Shown: positions 1 through 8,192, counted from the stretch's first letter. The stretch is DNA of 64,000 nucleotides from Patescibacteria group bacterium (GCA_028714475.1 JAQTNC010000005.1:6857-70856); one strand, 5' to 3'. Translations and numbers: made by a program. The notes: generated by a model from the letters alone, not told the origin.

Positions 1-7
1 TGTTTAT

Positions 8-244
8 TTGGAGAAACGCTGGGCGAACATGGCGCTCTTCCTGATTTGGACCATTGACAAAATCTCCACGGGCGTCATGTTTCCGAAAAGCATTTTTTGG
101 CAGATTGTCGGCTGGCTGATCTTTGCCCCGTTCTTCTATCGGTCGTATCAGGTTGAAACGGCCAAGGCAAGATTAAAAGCTAAGGCGCCGGCTGTCGCGG
201 AGACTGAACCGAAGCCGGAGGGCGATTCACACCCCAAGACCTGA
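8..244 (+). CDS. hypothetical membrane protein, probably truncated by the window edge
   Basis: ORF with two hydrophobic segments. Its stop codon lies inside a CAAGACCTGACCCC repeat. Confidence 0.5.
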   Translation: MEKRWANMALFLIWTIDKISTGVMFPKSIFWQIVGWLIFAPFFYRSYQVETAKARLKAKAPAVAETEPKPEGDSHPKT

Positions 245-249
245 CCCCG
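235..249 (+). repeat. CAAGACCTGACCCC REP-like motif, copy 1
   Basis: Same 15-mer at 1013-1027; core reverse-complemented at 3676-3690 and present as an inverted pair at 6109-6177. Confidence 0.75.
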
Positions 250-332
250 AAACCGGGCAACCCCAAGACTTTTTGCTTGAATAGCCGTATATATTGCGCT
301 AAAATTGAATTGCCTAGAAATGGCAACATGAT

Positions 333-815
333 ATGGAGTTGCTTAAGCTATTAAAAAACCACAGCAGGATTACTTTTGAACAGTATTTACGGATATTTGA
401 AGTATCTGCCGTTTTTGCGGGCGTCGTCTTTGCCGGCGTTCAATTAAATCACGTTCGTTTAATGCAGTCAGCCCAGCTGATGCTTTCTTTCAATGAGGAT
501 CTAAATAGTGAGAAGAACTCTAAAATTATCTACGCTGTTGAAGAGGGCCTGCCCGTCTTTCAGGAAAACGGCGGCCAGTTTAATGCAAATGACGTCGATA
601 AATATTTGAGTGTTTATGAATTACTTAATAATGCCAGGGATGCGGGGCTGATTACTGATGACATGATGTATAACGCTTTCTCTTTCAGCTTGATGAAAAC
701 GCATCAAAACAAGGAAATCGAAGACTATATTATACAACAGCGGATGAAGTATGGTGAACCATTGCTTTTTGATGGTTACGAAAGACTGGCAAAAAGCGTA
801 GAATTGATTAATTAA
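333..815 (+). CDS. hypothetical protein with N-terminal TM helix (DUF4760-like architecture)
   Basis: 160-aa low-GC ORF: one TM, then a helical domain with YLSVYELL and FDGYERLA motifs. Confidence 0.65.
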   Translation: MELLKLLKNHSRITFEQYLRIFEVSAVFAGVVFAGVQLNHVRLMQSAQLMLSFNEDLNSEKNSKIIYAVEEGLPVFQENGGQFNANDVDKYLSVYELLNNARDAGLITDDMMYNAFSFSLMKTHQNKEIEDYIIQQRMKYGEPLLFDGYERLAKSVELIN

Positions 816-831
816 GCCTAATCGACATTTT

Positions 832-906
832 ATGCCGAAAAAGCGAGCGGCTTCGCACAAGGCGCCCAAGAGGACACACGTGCACAAGCCCAGCAAAAAG
901 AAATGA
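832..906 (+). CDS. possible small basic peptide MPKKRAASHKAPKRTHVHKPSKKK
   Basis: ATG after a T-rich tract; TGA directly before a terminator-like hairpin; below the ORF-track cutoff. Confidence 0.3.
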   Translation: MPKKRAASHKAPKRTHVHKPSKKK

Positions 907-913
907 CCAGACG

Positions 914-938
914 GCCGTGGCGGGTGCCACGGCTTTTT
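914..938. terminator. GCCGTGG/CCACGGC hairpin plus T-tract (repeat family copy)
   Basis: gccgtggc-gggt-gccacggc-ttttt; related hairpins at 1065-1097 and 1982-2005. Confidence 0.65.
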
Positions 939-1010
939 GGTTTTCTCGCGTTCGGCTTTGATCAGTAGTAAGCATCAGGGCCAGCTCTTGAATCCCAGCA
1001 AATGCAATAG

Positions 1011-1027
1011 TTCAAGACCTGACCCCG
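1011..1027 (+). repeat. CAAGACCTGACCCC REP-like motif, copy 2
   Basis: ttcaagacctgaccccg. Confidence 0.75.
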
Positions 1028-1064
1028 GCAATGTGTGCCGCCGACCGCCTAGGCGGAATAACCA

Positions 1065-1097
1065 AAAAGGCCGTGGGCAACCCCCCACGGTCCTTTT
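1065..1097. terminator. bidirectional hairpin (GCCGTGG family)
   Basis: aaaagg-ccgtggg-caaccc-cccacgg-t-cctttt. Confidence 0.65.
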
Positions 1098-1177
1098 AAA
1101 AACGCGCGTCAATTATTCCGGGCAAAATTAATGGAGCCTGCTTGCAAGCTTTGAAATACGGTGTAGTCTTGCTAAAT

Positions 1178-1819
1178 ATGGACAAGAACAACACCCGACA
1201 CCTCAAGGGTCTATTCAATGGGCTGGTATATATCGTGTGTGTTTTAGTTGGAGTGTATTTGTGGAAACGTCTCAACACTGACGAAACGACTATTTATTAT
1301 CTTTTTAGCACAATCGCTCAAGTGGTAGCGGCACTATTTGGGCTTCTTGGAGCTGTGGTGCTTTTTCGCATACAAAATCTTGATAGAGAAATATGCGATA
1401 ATAGGGCGTGGATTTTGGGATGGTTGGATAGGTGGTGGAAATATTCGATACCAATTAGTACCCCATTTAGTGGGGTAATCAGTCTGGTTCGCGAGAAGCT
1501 TGCGTCAATCGGCGATGGGAACAGCTGTGACAAAGTAAACGCAATAAACTGCGTCGCTTTTCTTGAGGGTGGGGTGTCCCAACGGAAACGCCTTCTTGAT
1601 AGCCTCAAATGGGCGGCTTATCCGTCGTTAGTTGTCATAACAATTAGTTTTGTTGCCCTAGGTCTTACTAACTTTTTGCAGGAGCGTGGATGGGGGACAG
1701 AAGCTTGTTTGATGGGGATTATTCTGGGAACAGTTGCCGTTTGGTTTGATGTATCTATTATTAAACCAATCATCGAATTTAATTTGCACATTGACGAAGA
1801 CAAAGACGAAACGGAGTAG
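1178..1819 (+). CDS. hypothetical multi-pass membrane protein
   Basis: About 4 TM segments; low GC; ATG at 1178 preferred over TTG at 1142. Confidence 0.65.
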   Translation: MDKNNTRHLKGLFNGLVYIVCVLVGVYLWKRLNTDETTIYYLFSTIAQVVAALFGLLGAVVLFRIQNLDREICDNRAWILGWLDRWWKYSIPISTPFSGVISLVREKLASIGDGNSCDKVNAINCVAFLEGGVSQRKRLLDSLKWAAYPSLVVITISFVALGLTNFLQERGWGTEACLMGIILGTVAVWFDVSIIKPIIEFNLHIDEDKDETE

Positions 1820-1981
1820 CTTACTAGCCGGCAAAAAACATCCTCAAAGCTCTAGACATGGGATAACGCGTCGTCGCCCGGTGCTGTTCTGCAACCAGAA
1901 CGAGATCACCGAGCCTAAGGACAACCAGCCGGTGTGGCGGGTGTTCCTGCCGGAGCCGACCGCCAAGGTGTAGAACCAAAA

Positions 1982-2005
1982 GGGCCGTGGGGTTACCCAC
2001 GGCCC
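1982..2005. terminator. hairpin (GCCGTGG family) between convergent ORFs
   Basis: gggccgtggg-gtta-cccacggccc preceded by aaccaaaa. Confidence 0.65.
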
Positions 2006-2016
2006 GTTCTAAATAA

Positions 2017-2394
2017 CTATCGTTTTTTACGATTTGATGTAATCAAATAAGCTCGCTCTAACAAAATATTGTTAATGCTGCAATTTGTTATTACCGCAGA
2101 GCCATGCTCAATATTAAAAGCAGAATTGATACTTTTAACAAAGGGAACATTATCAGGAATCATCAATATTCTAGCAATAATATTAATATTACTTCCCAAA
2201 TATCTGTGTAATGTCTTTTGTATCGATACAAAGTTATCTTGATAATTCCTTTCGTTTAGCCAATCGGCGCTAACTAGCAGGTCCCATTTGTCATCTAAGT
2301 CCGAACGTTTAAATAATCCGAACAAAACAAATCTTCCCTTGGCGCGCGCCAAAGATTTTTCTGCCTCTATCAGTTTAGTAACAAAGGGTGTCAT
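2017..2394 (-). CDS. HEPN-partner protein (putative antitoxin, MNT-like fold inferred)
   Basis: Overlaps the HEPN gene stop by 4 nt (ATGA); FVLFGLF...DDKWDLLVSADWL motif; very low GC. Confidence 0.6.
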   Translation of the reverse strand: MTPFVTKLIEAEKSLARAKGRFVLFGLFKRSDLDDKWDLLVSADWLNERNYQDNFVSIQKTLHRYLGSNINIIARILMIPDNVPFVKSINSAFNIEHGSAVITNCSINNILLERAYLITSNRKKR

Positions 2395-2816
2395 ATGGTC
2401 CCCAGAAACTTTAACACACTTCTCGTGGCTCTGATCATCTCTTTGGCAACTTGGTCCTTGACGTTGCCGATTTCAACATATCTCTGTTCGGAACTCCACC
2501 CCGCCACTATGGACCAGTCCCCGAAGATGGCAGATTGTTTTATCTGCGTTTCCTTGCCTGAAACCACGAGCAGCTCTTCCAGCTTATGGGTGCACAGCGC
2601 GGTCCTAAGTCTGTCTCCAACGCCGCTTGGGGGCCAGCAGTTCCAGTTTAACGCGGAGCAGGCGGACGCTTTCAATGCAAGCTCGACCGCATAGCCGCAC
2701 AGATAGTAGGCACCTTCCCACTTCCTTTTGTTCAATAAATAATTCGCTTCGACCAAACGAGATTTGGCCAAACGTCTTAGTGCGGCTACATCCAGTTGTT
2801 TTATCGCCCCCGACAT
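2391..2816 (-). CDS. HEPN domain protein (putative toxin/RNase)
   Basis: RLVEANYLL...AYYLCGYAVELALKA...RTALCTHKLEELL...WSSEQRY is a typical HEPN helical signature. Start could also be 2846. Confidence 0.75.
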   Translation of the reverse strand: MSGAIKQLDVAALRRLAKSRLVEANYLLNKRKWEGAYYLCGYAVELALKASACSALNWNCWPPSGVGDRLRTALCTHKLEELLVVSGKETQIKQSAIFGDWSIVAGWSSEQRYVEIGNVKDQVAKEMIRATRSVLKFLGTI

Positions 2817-3213
2817 AGTCAGGCACCAGCCTATCAGGAGCTTCATATTATGTAAACACCGCGAAAGTCGTTGCCCACCGGGTGCCAGCAGCCCGTGCCC
2901 TGTACCAGAACGGTACTGGGCTTTACGGGCCCAAGAATTGACCGAAATGGATTATTTCTGACCACGTATAAATCCCAGCGCGACTGGGATTCACGTGGCA
3001 CGGCCACGGCTGACACGCAGTGAACATCCGTATTTTTGCTGGGTTTAGCTCATGTCTGCTAGGTTACGATGAATTTCAACTAAGCGGTGTTCCGCTTCCC
3101 GCCCTTCGGGCGGTCACCCGCAGGGTGAGAATCCCCATGGGCCCGCAACAGACCATACAAAATCTCGCCAGCCCAAGGGTGGGGCTGACGAGAGCGTCTC
3201 GAGGGCGTCTGGC

Positions 3214-3579
3214 CTAAGCGAGTTCGACGATGCGCAGGCGCGGATCGGGCCGCGGCGGGGTGGTGTCTAAGGCCACCTGTTCCTGCACCGCGTATTCGAC
3301 GCCCGGCGGAACCTCGATCTTCACGAGATGGACAGGGCGGTTGGCGACGAAGACGTCGCCCTTCGGGCCCTTGTCCCGGTAGGTTTGTCGCCACTCCTTG
3401 AACAACCGCAGGGCCATCGATTGGCTGTCCACCCCCTCGAGCGGCGTGTGGACGGTCCAGAAGAAGGGCTGGCCTTTCGGCGATTGCCCGTAGCGGGCAA
3501 CGTAGCGGATTTCGAAGACAGAACGGACTCCGGACGCGCGTTTCCGGGCGAGATATTCCTGTATGTCGATGACAGACAC
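3214..3579 (-). CDS. hypothetical protein
   Basis: GTG start preceded by an AGGAGG Shine-Dalgarno (SD); host-like codon usage. Confidence 0.6.
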   Translation of the reverse strand: MSVIDIQEYLARKRASGVRSVFEIRYVARYGQSPKGQPFFWTVHTPLEGVDSQSMALRLFKEWRQTYRDKGPKGDVFVANRPVHLVKIEVPPGVEYAVQEQVALDTTPPRPDPRLRIVELA

Positions 3580-3675
3580 GGCACTGACCTCCTGGGATAA
3601 TCCGAAGAAAAGCTAGCGCCTTTTCGGGCTTTTGTCAATGGCGCAACCGCAAGGGGGTTTCGTGACCGGGTGTAA

Positions 3676-3690
3676 GGGTCAGGTCTTGAA
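3676..3690 (-). repeat. CAAGACCTGACCC REP-like motif, reverse copy
   Basis: gggtcaggtcttgaa is the reverse complement of 1011-1025. Confidence 0.7.
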
Positions 3691-3813
3691 TTATCGGTTT
3701 CTCGCAACGCATATAATTCAAGTCCCGCCCCCGCACTCCCGAAACCAAAAGACCGCCCGGGTGGGCGATCTTTGTTGTGTGCTAGAGGCGCTGCGGTTTT
3801 GCGGTGGATTCGA

Positions 3814-4020
3814 CTAGGCCAGGCGGCCTTCGAAGCGGTCGACTTTGTGGCGGAGGGCGGCGACTTCGCAGTCCAATGCCTCGTGTAGTTTCACGAAACC
3901 TTCGACATGGTTATTCAGGTTATCGATTTTGACCTCCATCGTCCCTTTCCATGCCACCAAGTCTTTGACGTTCGCGTCAATCTCGGTCAGTTTCACGATG
4001 ATTTTGTCCTGGATATCCAT
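3814..4020 (-). CDS. small coiled-coil hypothetical protein
   Basis: 68 aa with heptad pattern; terminator-like hairpin downstream at about 3746-3773. Confidence 0.6.
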   Translation of the reverse strand: MDIQDKIIVKLTEIDANVKDLVAWKGTMEVKIDNLNNHVEGFVKLHEALDCEVAALRHKVDRFEGRLA

Positions 4021-4105
4021 ACGTTAGATAGGTTAGCAAAGTAGGGGCGGGGAGACAACAGAGGGTGGGAGGGGCATTTGTGAGGGTTTCGCACGGCCCC
4101 CTCGA

Positions 4106-4135
4106 CCCCCTCGACTCGCTTCGCTCGCTCGGGGA
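4106..4135 (-). repeat. CCCGAGCG...AGTCGAGGGG REP family copy
   Basis: Reverse complement tccccgagcgagcgaagcgagtcgaggggg matches copies at 19051, 19118, 41119, 41479 and 42994. Confidence 0.75.
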
Positions 4136-4235
4136 AGAAAGGAGGGGCTCGCTCGGGGAAGAAAGGAGGGGCTCGCTCGGGGAAGAAAGGAGGGGCTCGC
4201 TCGGGGAAGAAAGGAGGGGCTCGCTCAGGGAAGAA
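4123..4235. repeat. 24-bp tandem repeat (GCTCGCTCGGGGAAGAAAGGAGGG), 4 copies plus a partial
   Basis: Four identical units at 4123-4218 and a degenerate fifth; no spacers. Confidence 0.95.
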
Positions 4236-4290
4236 TGGGGGGCACTACGGCGGGGGCGCGATGATACAGGGCATCCCCAAAACACCTTAA

Positions 4291-4319
4291 TTGACACCCC
4301 GCCAATGGTTATCTACGCT
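4291..4319 (+). promoter_or_regulatory. sigma70-type promoter of the pit fusion gene
   Basis: TTGACA-N17-TACGCT. Confidence 0.55.
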
Positions 4320-4348
4320 GAATTTATAACCTCATCTGACCCACCCGC

Positions 4349-6094
4349 ATGAGCATCCAGTTCATCGTTGTCGTTTTTGCGGTTTCCCTGGCCCTGGTGT
4401 TCAACTTCACGAACGGTTTTCATGATGTCGCCAATCAGGTCGCGACGGCCATAAAAACCGACGCCATCAAACCGCTGCGCGCCCTGCTCATCGCGGCCTC
4501 GTTTGATTTCATCGGCGCGTGCTTTCTCGGCAGCAAGGTCGCGGAAACCTTCGGCAAGGGAATCGTGGATCCGCACCTGATGACCAAGGGGACATCGAGT
4601 GTGCTCGTCATCATCGCGGCGCTCCTCGGGGCGATCCTCTGGAATCTTTGGACCTGGTGGACGGGCACGCCCTCGTCGTCGTCGCATGCGCTCATCGGCG
4701 GCCTGCTCGGCGCCTTCGTGGTCGGCTGGGGTTTTGCTCCGGTGAACTGGCTGAAGGTGCTGGGCGTCTTCGTCATCCTGGTCGCTTCCCCCTTGGTCGG
4801 TTTCATCGTGGCCTCGACGCTGACCCGCCTCGGCATTTATGTGAGCTCAATAATTTCTTTCCCCACGCGGACGAACAGCTTCTTCAGAAAAGCACAGTAC
4901 GTGACGCTCATCTCCCAGGCGCTTTCGCACGGGACCAACGACGCGCAAAAGGCCATGGGCGTCATCGTCTTCATTTTGGCCATTTCGGGAATGTACGCGC
5001 CGGTCTCGGGAGGATCGTTCATCCCCACGTGGGTCGTGGTCGCCTGTTCGATCGCCCTCGCGATGGGCGCCCTGTGCGGGGGCTGGAAAATCATCCGCAC
5101 TTTGGGCTGGGGGATCTACGACATCAAGCCGATCCACTCCTTCACGTCACAGTTCTCTTCGGCCGCCATCATCTACCTTTCCTCGCTCTTTGGGTATCCG
5201 ATTTCGACCACCCAGGTCATCTCGTCTTCCGTGATGGGCGCCGGCGCGGCGGAGAACCCCAAGCGCGTTCATTGGGAGGTCACAAAAGACATGGCCTTTG
5301 CCTGGCTCGTCACGATACCGGCTTCGGCCGCCGTCTCGGCGACCCTTCTCCTTCTCTTTCGGGGAAGGTGGCTCCATGTCATCGGGATAATCATTAGTGC
5401 TATATTGATATATATGATCTGGAAAAAATTGTCCGTCTCCCGTCTCTTTCCGAAGCAACTCAATTTCCTGAACATGCTCTCGGAGCAAGCCGGGATAGTG
5501 CACGAGGGATTAAAAACCGCGCAAAAATATTGCGAGCATACGAGCCCGGAAGCGGCGCAGATCGTCGACGAGGCGGAAAAAGCGGCCGACGAGGCGCATT
5601 ACAAAATCATCACGAGCATCCGGAGCACGTTCATCACCGGGAAATACGACCGACACAACATCGAGAACCTTTCCCAGAGGATCGATGACATCATGGATGA
5701 GGCCAAGAAGGCGGTCATGAGAATGGAGAAATTCGAAGTCCCGCCTGACCATTACATGATTGACATGCTCGGCAAGCTGTCGGAGGCAATCGTGCTCATC
5801 AAGGAGGCCATCGAAACACTGGGGACTGATCCGGAGCGCTGCGAAGAATGCATCAAAGCCGCGCGGAAACGCGAGAACACGATCCAGCACATCTATGAGG
5901 CGTGGTACGGCAAGACCGAGAGCGAAATCAAAGTTGATCTTGAAAATGTTTCTTCGGATCAAATGGTCGGCGTGCTCCGCGCCATGATTCGCAATCGCGA
6001 CGAGGAAAAGGTGCAAAATTCTTTCCTCAAAGCCGCTGACGCGGTGGTGATGTCGGCGACGGAGCTTGAGACCATGCTCGCGAAGATTTCGTAA
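4349..6094 (+). CDS. pit: inorganic phosphate transporter (PiT/PHO4) fused to a C-terminal DUF47/PhoU-like domain
   Basis: NGFHDVAN, PSSSSHALIGG, HGTNDAQK and PISTTQ PiT motifs; C-terminal helical domain EKAADE...TFIT...DR..I..L...IDDIMD...RENT. Confidence 0.9.
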   Translation: MSIQFIVVVFAVSLALVFNFTNGFHDVANQVATAIKTDAIKPLRALLIAASFDFIGACFLGSKVAETFGKGIVDPHLMTKGTSSVLVIIAALLGAILWNLWTWWTGTPSSSSHALIGGLLGAFVVGWGFAPVNWLKVLGVFVILVASPLVGFIVASTLTRLGIYVSSIISFPTRTNSFFRKAQYVTLISQALSHGTNDAQKAMGVIVFILAISGMYAPVSGGSFIPTWVVVACSIALAMGALCGGWKIIRTLGWGIYDIKPIHSFTSQFSSAAIIYLSSLFGYPISTTQVISSSVMGAGAAENPKRVHWEVTKDMAFAWLVTIPASAAVSATLLLLFRGRWLHVIGIIISAILIYMIWKKLSVSRLFPKQLNFLNMLSEQAGIVHEGLKTAQKYCEHTSPEAAQIVDEAEKAADEAHYKIITSIRSTFITGKYDRHNIENLSQRIDDIMDEAKKAVMRMEKFEVPPDHYMIDMLGKLSEAIVLIKEAIETLGTDPERCEECIKAARKRENTIQHIYEAWYGKTESEIKVDLENVSSDQMVGVLRAMIRNRDEEKVQNSFLKAADAVVMSATELETMLAKIS

Positions 6095-6108
6095 GGGAGC
6101 ATTCATAA

Positions 6109-6177
6109 GGGTCAGGTCTTGGGATGTGGCCCACGACCTGCCATCCAAACACGAATTCACATCTCAAGACCCGACCC
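6109..6177. repeat. inverted pair of the CAAGACCTGACCC motif (REPIN/MITE-like, 69 bp)
   Basis: gggtcaggtcttgggatgtg...cacatctcaagacccgaccc, 18/20 inverted match. Confidence 0.8.
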
Positions 6178-6258
6178 CCAGCCTTACAAAAACAACAAAA
6201 CGACCCGTCGAAACGGGTCGTGGCGACGAAACGCGAAAGACGCGGACGGGCGCGGCGG

Positions 6259-7077
6259 TCAGTATCCGCCGAAGTGCCCCATGCGGAACTCGATGACGAA
6301 GCTCGCCGTGACGCCCTTGGCTTGATTCTTCGGCGCGCCGTACTTGTTGAGCCCGGGATAGGGTTCGCCCCAACCGAACTCGCCGAAGACGGCGAAGGGC
6401 CCGCTCGTGAGCTTGGCCCGCGTGAACCACGACGTCTGGTTCGTGAACGAGTACGATTTCCGGCCGCCGAGGAAGCGCAGGTCCGTGTTGGGGAACCGCT
6501 TCGCCTCGTCCCGATAGCCGAGCGTGAAGGCCAGACCGGCGTCGAACAGCATGTAGTCGTACTTCGCCTTGCCTTCCGAGTGGACATCGTCCTCGGTGAA
6601 GCTGTAGTCGAGCTTCCGCCGCCCGTACTCGTAGTCTCCGACCAAGCGGAAGCCCGCGGTGCCGAGGTAGGCCGAGCCGAGGGCGCCTGCCTCGAGCATC
6701 TTGCCGGTGCCGGTGGGCCCGTAGAAGAGCCAGCCGCCGCCTCCGACGCCGAAGTTCGGGCAGGTCAGGGGCCAGAGTTCCAGCCGGGTGTTCAGTCCCA
6801 TGGTCGTGTGCTCGTAGTTCTGGCTCGACTTCGTGGCGTCGGCGTTCACGATCATCGGATACATGTTCACGGCGAAGGCGGTGTTCAGCCAGAGGAACGC
6901 GCCGAAGCTCGAATCCGTGGCCTCCAGCTTCTCGTTCAGCCTCGCGTCGGCGCGCACGGACGCGTCCGCCACCTTGTCGATCGTGTCCTTCGTTTCATCG
7001 GGGGTTGCCTGCGCCAGGGCCGCGGTCGGCCAGGTGAGGGAAGCAAGGGCCAGGGCCAGGGCTTTTATGTTTCGCAT
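6259..7077 (-). CDS. secreted hypothetical protein with beta-barrel-like amphipathic strands
   Basis: Signal peptide ending ALA-Q; Gly/aromatic alternating strands; host-like codon usage. Confidence 0.7.
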   Translation of the reverse strand: MRNIKALALALASLTWPTAALAQATPDETKDTIDKVADASVRADARLNEKLEATDSSFGAFLWLNTAFAVNMYPMIVNADATKSSQNYEHTTMGLNTRLELWPLTCPNFGVGGGGWLFYGPTGTGKMLEAGALGSAYLGTAGFRLVGDYEYGRRKLDYSFTEDDVHSEGKAKYDYMLFDAGLAFTLGYRDEAKRFPNTDLRFLGGRKSYSFTNQTSWFTRAKLTSGPFAVFGEFGWGEPYPGLNKYGAPKNQAKGVTASFVIEFRMGHFGGY

Positions 7078-7304
7078 GACGTCTTCCTTTGGGAAGGTGC
7101 GAGTTGATATTCGCTCCGGGATTGTCGCCTCCGGCGGCGGCCGTGTTTTGGCAAAGAGAACCTAACAGGCTTCGCCCGGATTGTCAATCAGCAACTGAAG
7201 CCGACCTTGACACTACGCGGCATTTAACCTATTAATATTGCCGTGGATGCCCAGTGGTGTTCATGAAAGCGCGGCACGGGGCCGCATGTCAGGAGGGTCG
7301 TTCC

Positions 7305-7745
7305 ATGTCAAAAGGTCTCAAGCTATTGTTGGGTTCGGTCACGGCGTTGCTTCTCGGTTTGTGCAGCTTCTGGGTCGGATGGCTCAACCATACCAACATC
7401 AACCAGATTGGCGTCGCCTACAACTCTTTCGGCGGCAATGTCTGGATACAGGACCGGCCCGGCTGGTACATCACGCCGCCGACGGTCAAGGTCGCGTACA
7501 TCAGCACCCTGCCCATCAAGGTGACCGTGCCGTCCAATGCGGTCGTCATCATCACCAAGGTCGTTCGCTTCAGGCCCGAAGGCGTGGACGCGTTCATCCG
7601 CCAGCAGGGCTTCAGCTACTTCTCCTCGTCCGAGCTGGAGAACATCCTGATGGGCTATGCCTTCTCGGGAGGCACCTATCCGTTCCTGGAGATCGTGCAG
7701 GACACCGGCCAGGAGAAGGTCAACGATCGGCCCGTGCAGCGTTAG
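7305..7745 (+). CDS. membrane-anchored SPFH/Band-7-like hypothetical protein
   Basis: N-terminal TM, then INQIGVAYN...RPGWYITPP, resembling an SPFH N-terminus; AGGAGG SD. Confidence 0.6.
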   Translation: MSKGLKLLLGSVTALLLGLCSFWVGWLNHTNINQIGVAYNSFGGNVWIQDRPGWYITPPTVKVAYISTLPIKVTVPSNAVVIITKVVRFRPEGVDAFIRQQGFSYFSSSELENILMGYAFSGGTYPFLEIVQDTGQEKVNDRPVQR

Positions 7746-7753
7746 GTGGCATC

Positions 7754-8059
7754 GTGAACGTCGAACAAAAGGACAGTCAGGCGCGGCCCTTCGGCTACGG
7801 CAGGGCCTTGAGAGTCTTGGCCGCCACCGCCGCCGCCGTGACGCTCGTGCGCCTCATGTACACCTGCCAGCCGCTCATGAACTTCGTGTGGCTGAACGCC
7901 GCGGTTGCGTGTCACGCCTTCAATCGACCGCACCTGTTTCACACTTTCGGTGTGGCGGCGATGGTCTTCGTCGGCGCTTTGGGATGGGTTGCGGTCTGGG
8001 TCCTCTGTGGCCTGCTCGCCCTGACACCAGCGCGGGTCAAGAACTTGAGGCATCGTTAG
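7754..8059 (+). CDS. small hypothetical membrane protein
   Basis: GTG start after AGGTGG; 2-3 hydrophobic segments. Confidence 0.45.
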   Translation: MNVEQKDSQARPFGYGRALRVLAATAAAVTLVRLMYTCQPLMNFVWLNAAVACHAFNRPHLFHTFGVAAMVFVGALGWVAVWVLCGLLALTPARVKNLRHR

Positions 8060-8157
8060 CAGCGTCTCGCGGCTCAAAGCGTCTATCGCTTTGGGCCGTT
8101 TCTTATTGCTTAATCTATTTACAGCCTCTATAATAGATTAAGAGTAAGTTATTAGTG

Positions 8158-8192
8158 CAAAATAGAATAAGGCCGATTCTTATTCTATTTTG
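8158..8192. promoter_or_regulatory. 14-bp perfect inverted repeat (putative operator) upstream of fic
   Basis: caaaatagaataag-N7-cttattctattttg. Confidence 0.55.

Noticed and set aside
235-3700. Classical integron cassette array
   Set aside because: No intI in the window, and the hairpins lack attC RYYYAAC/GTTRRRY core sites.
4123-4235. CRISPR array
   Set aside because: Units are contiguous and identical with no unique spacers, and there are no cas genes: a tandem repeat.
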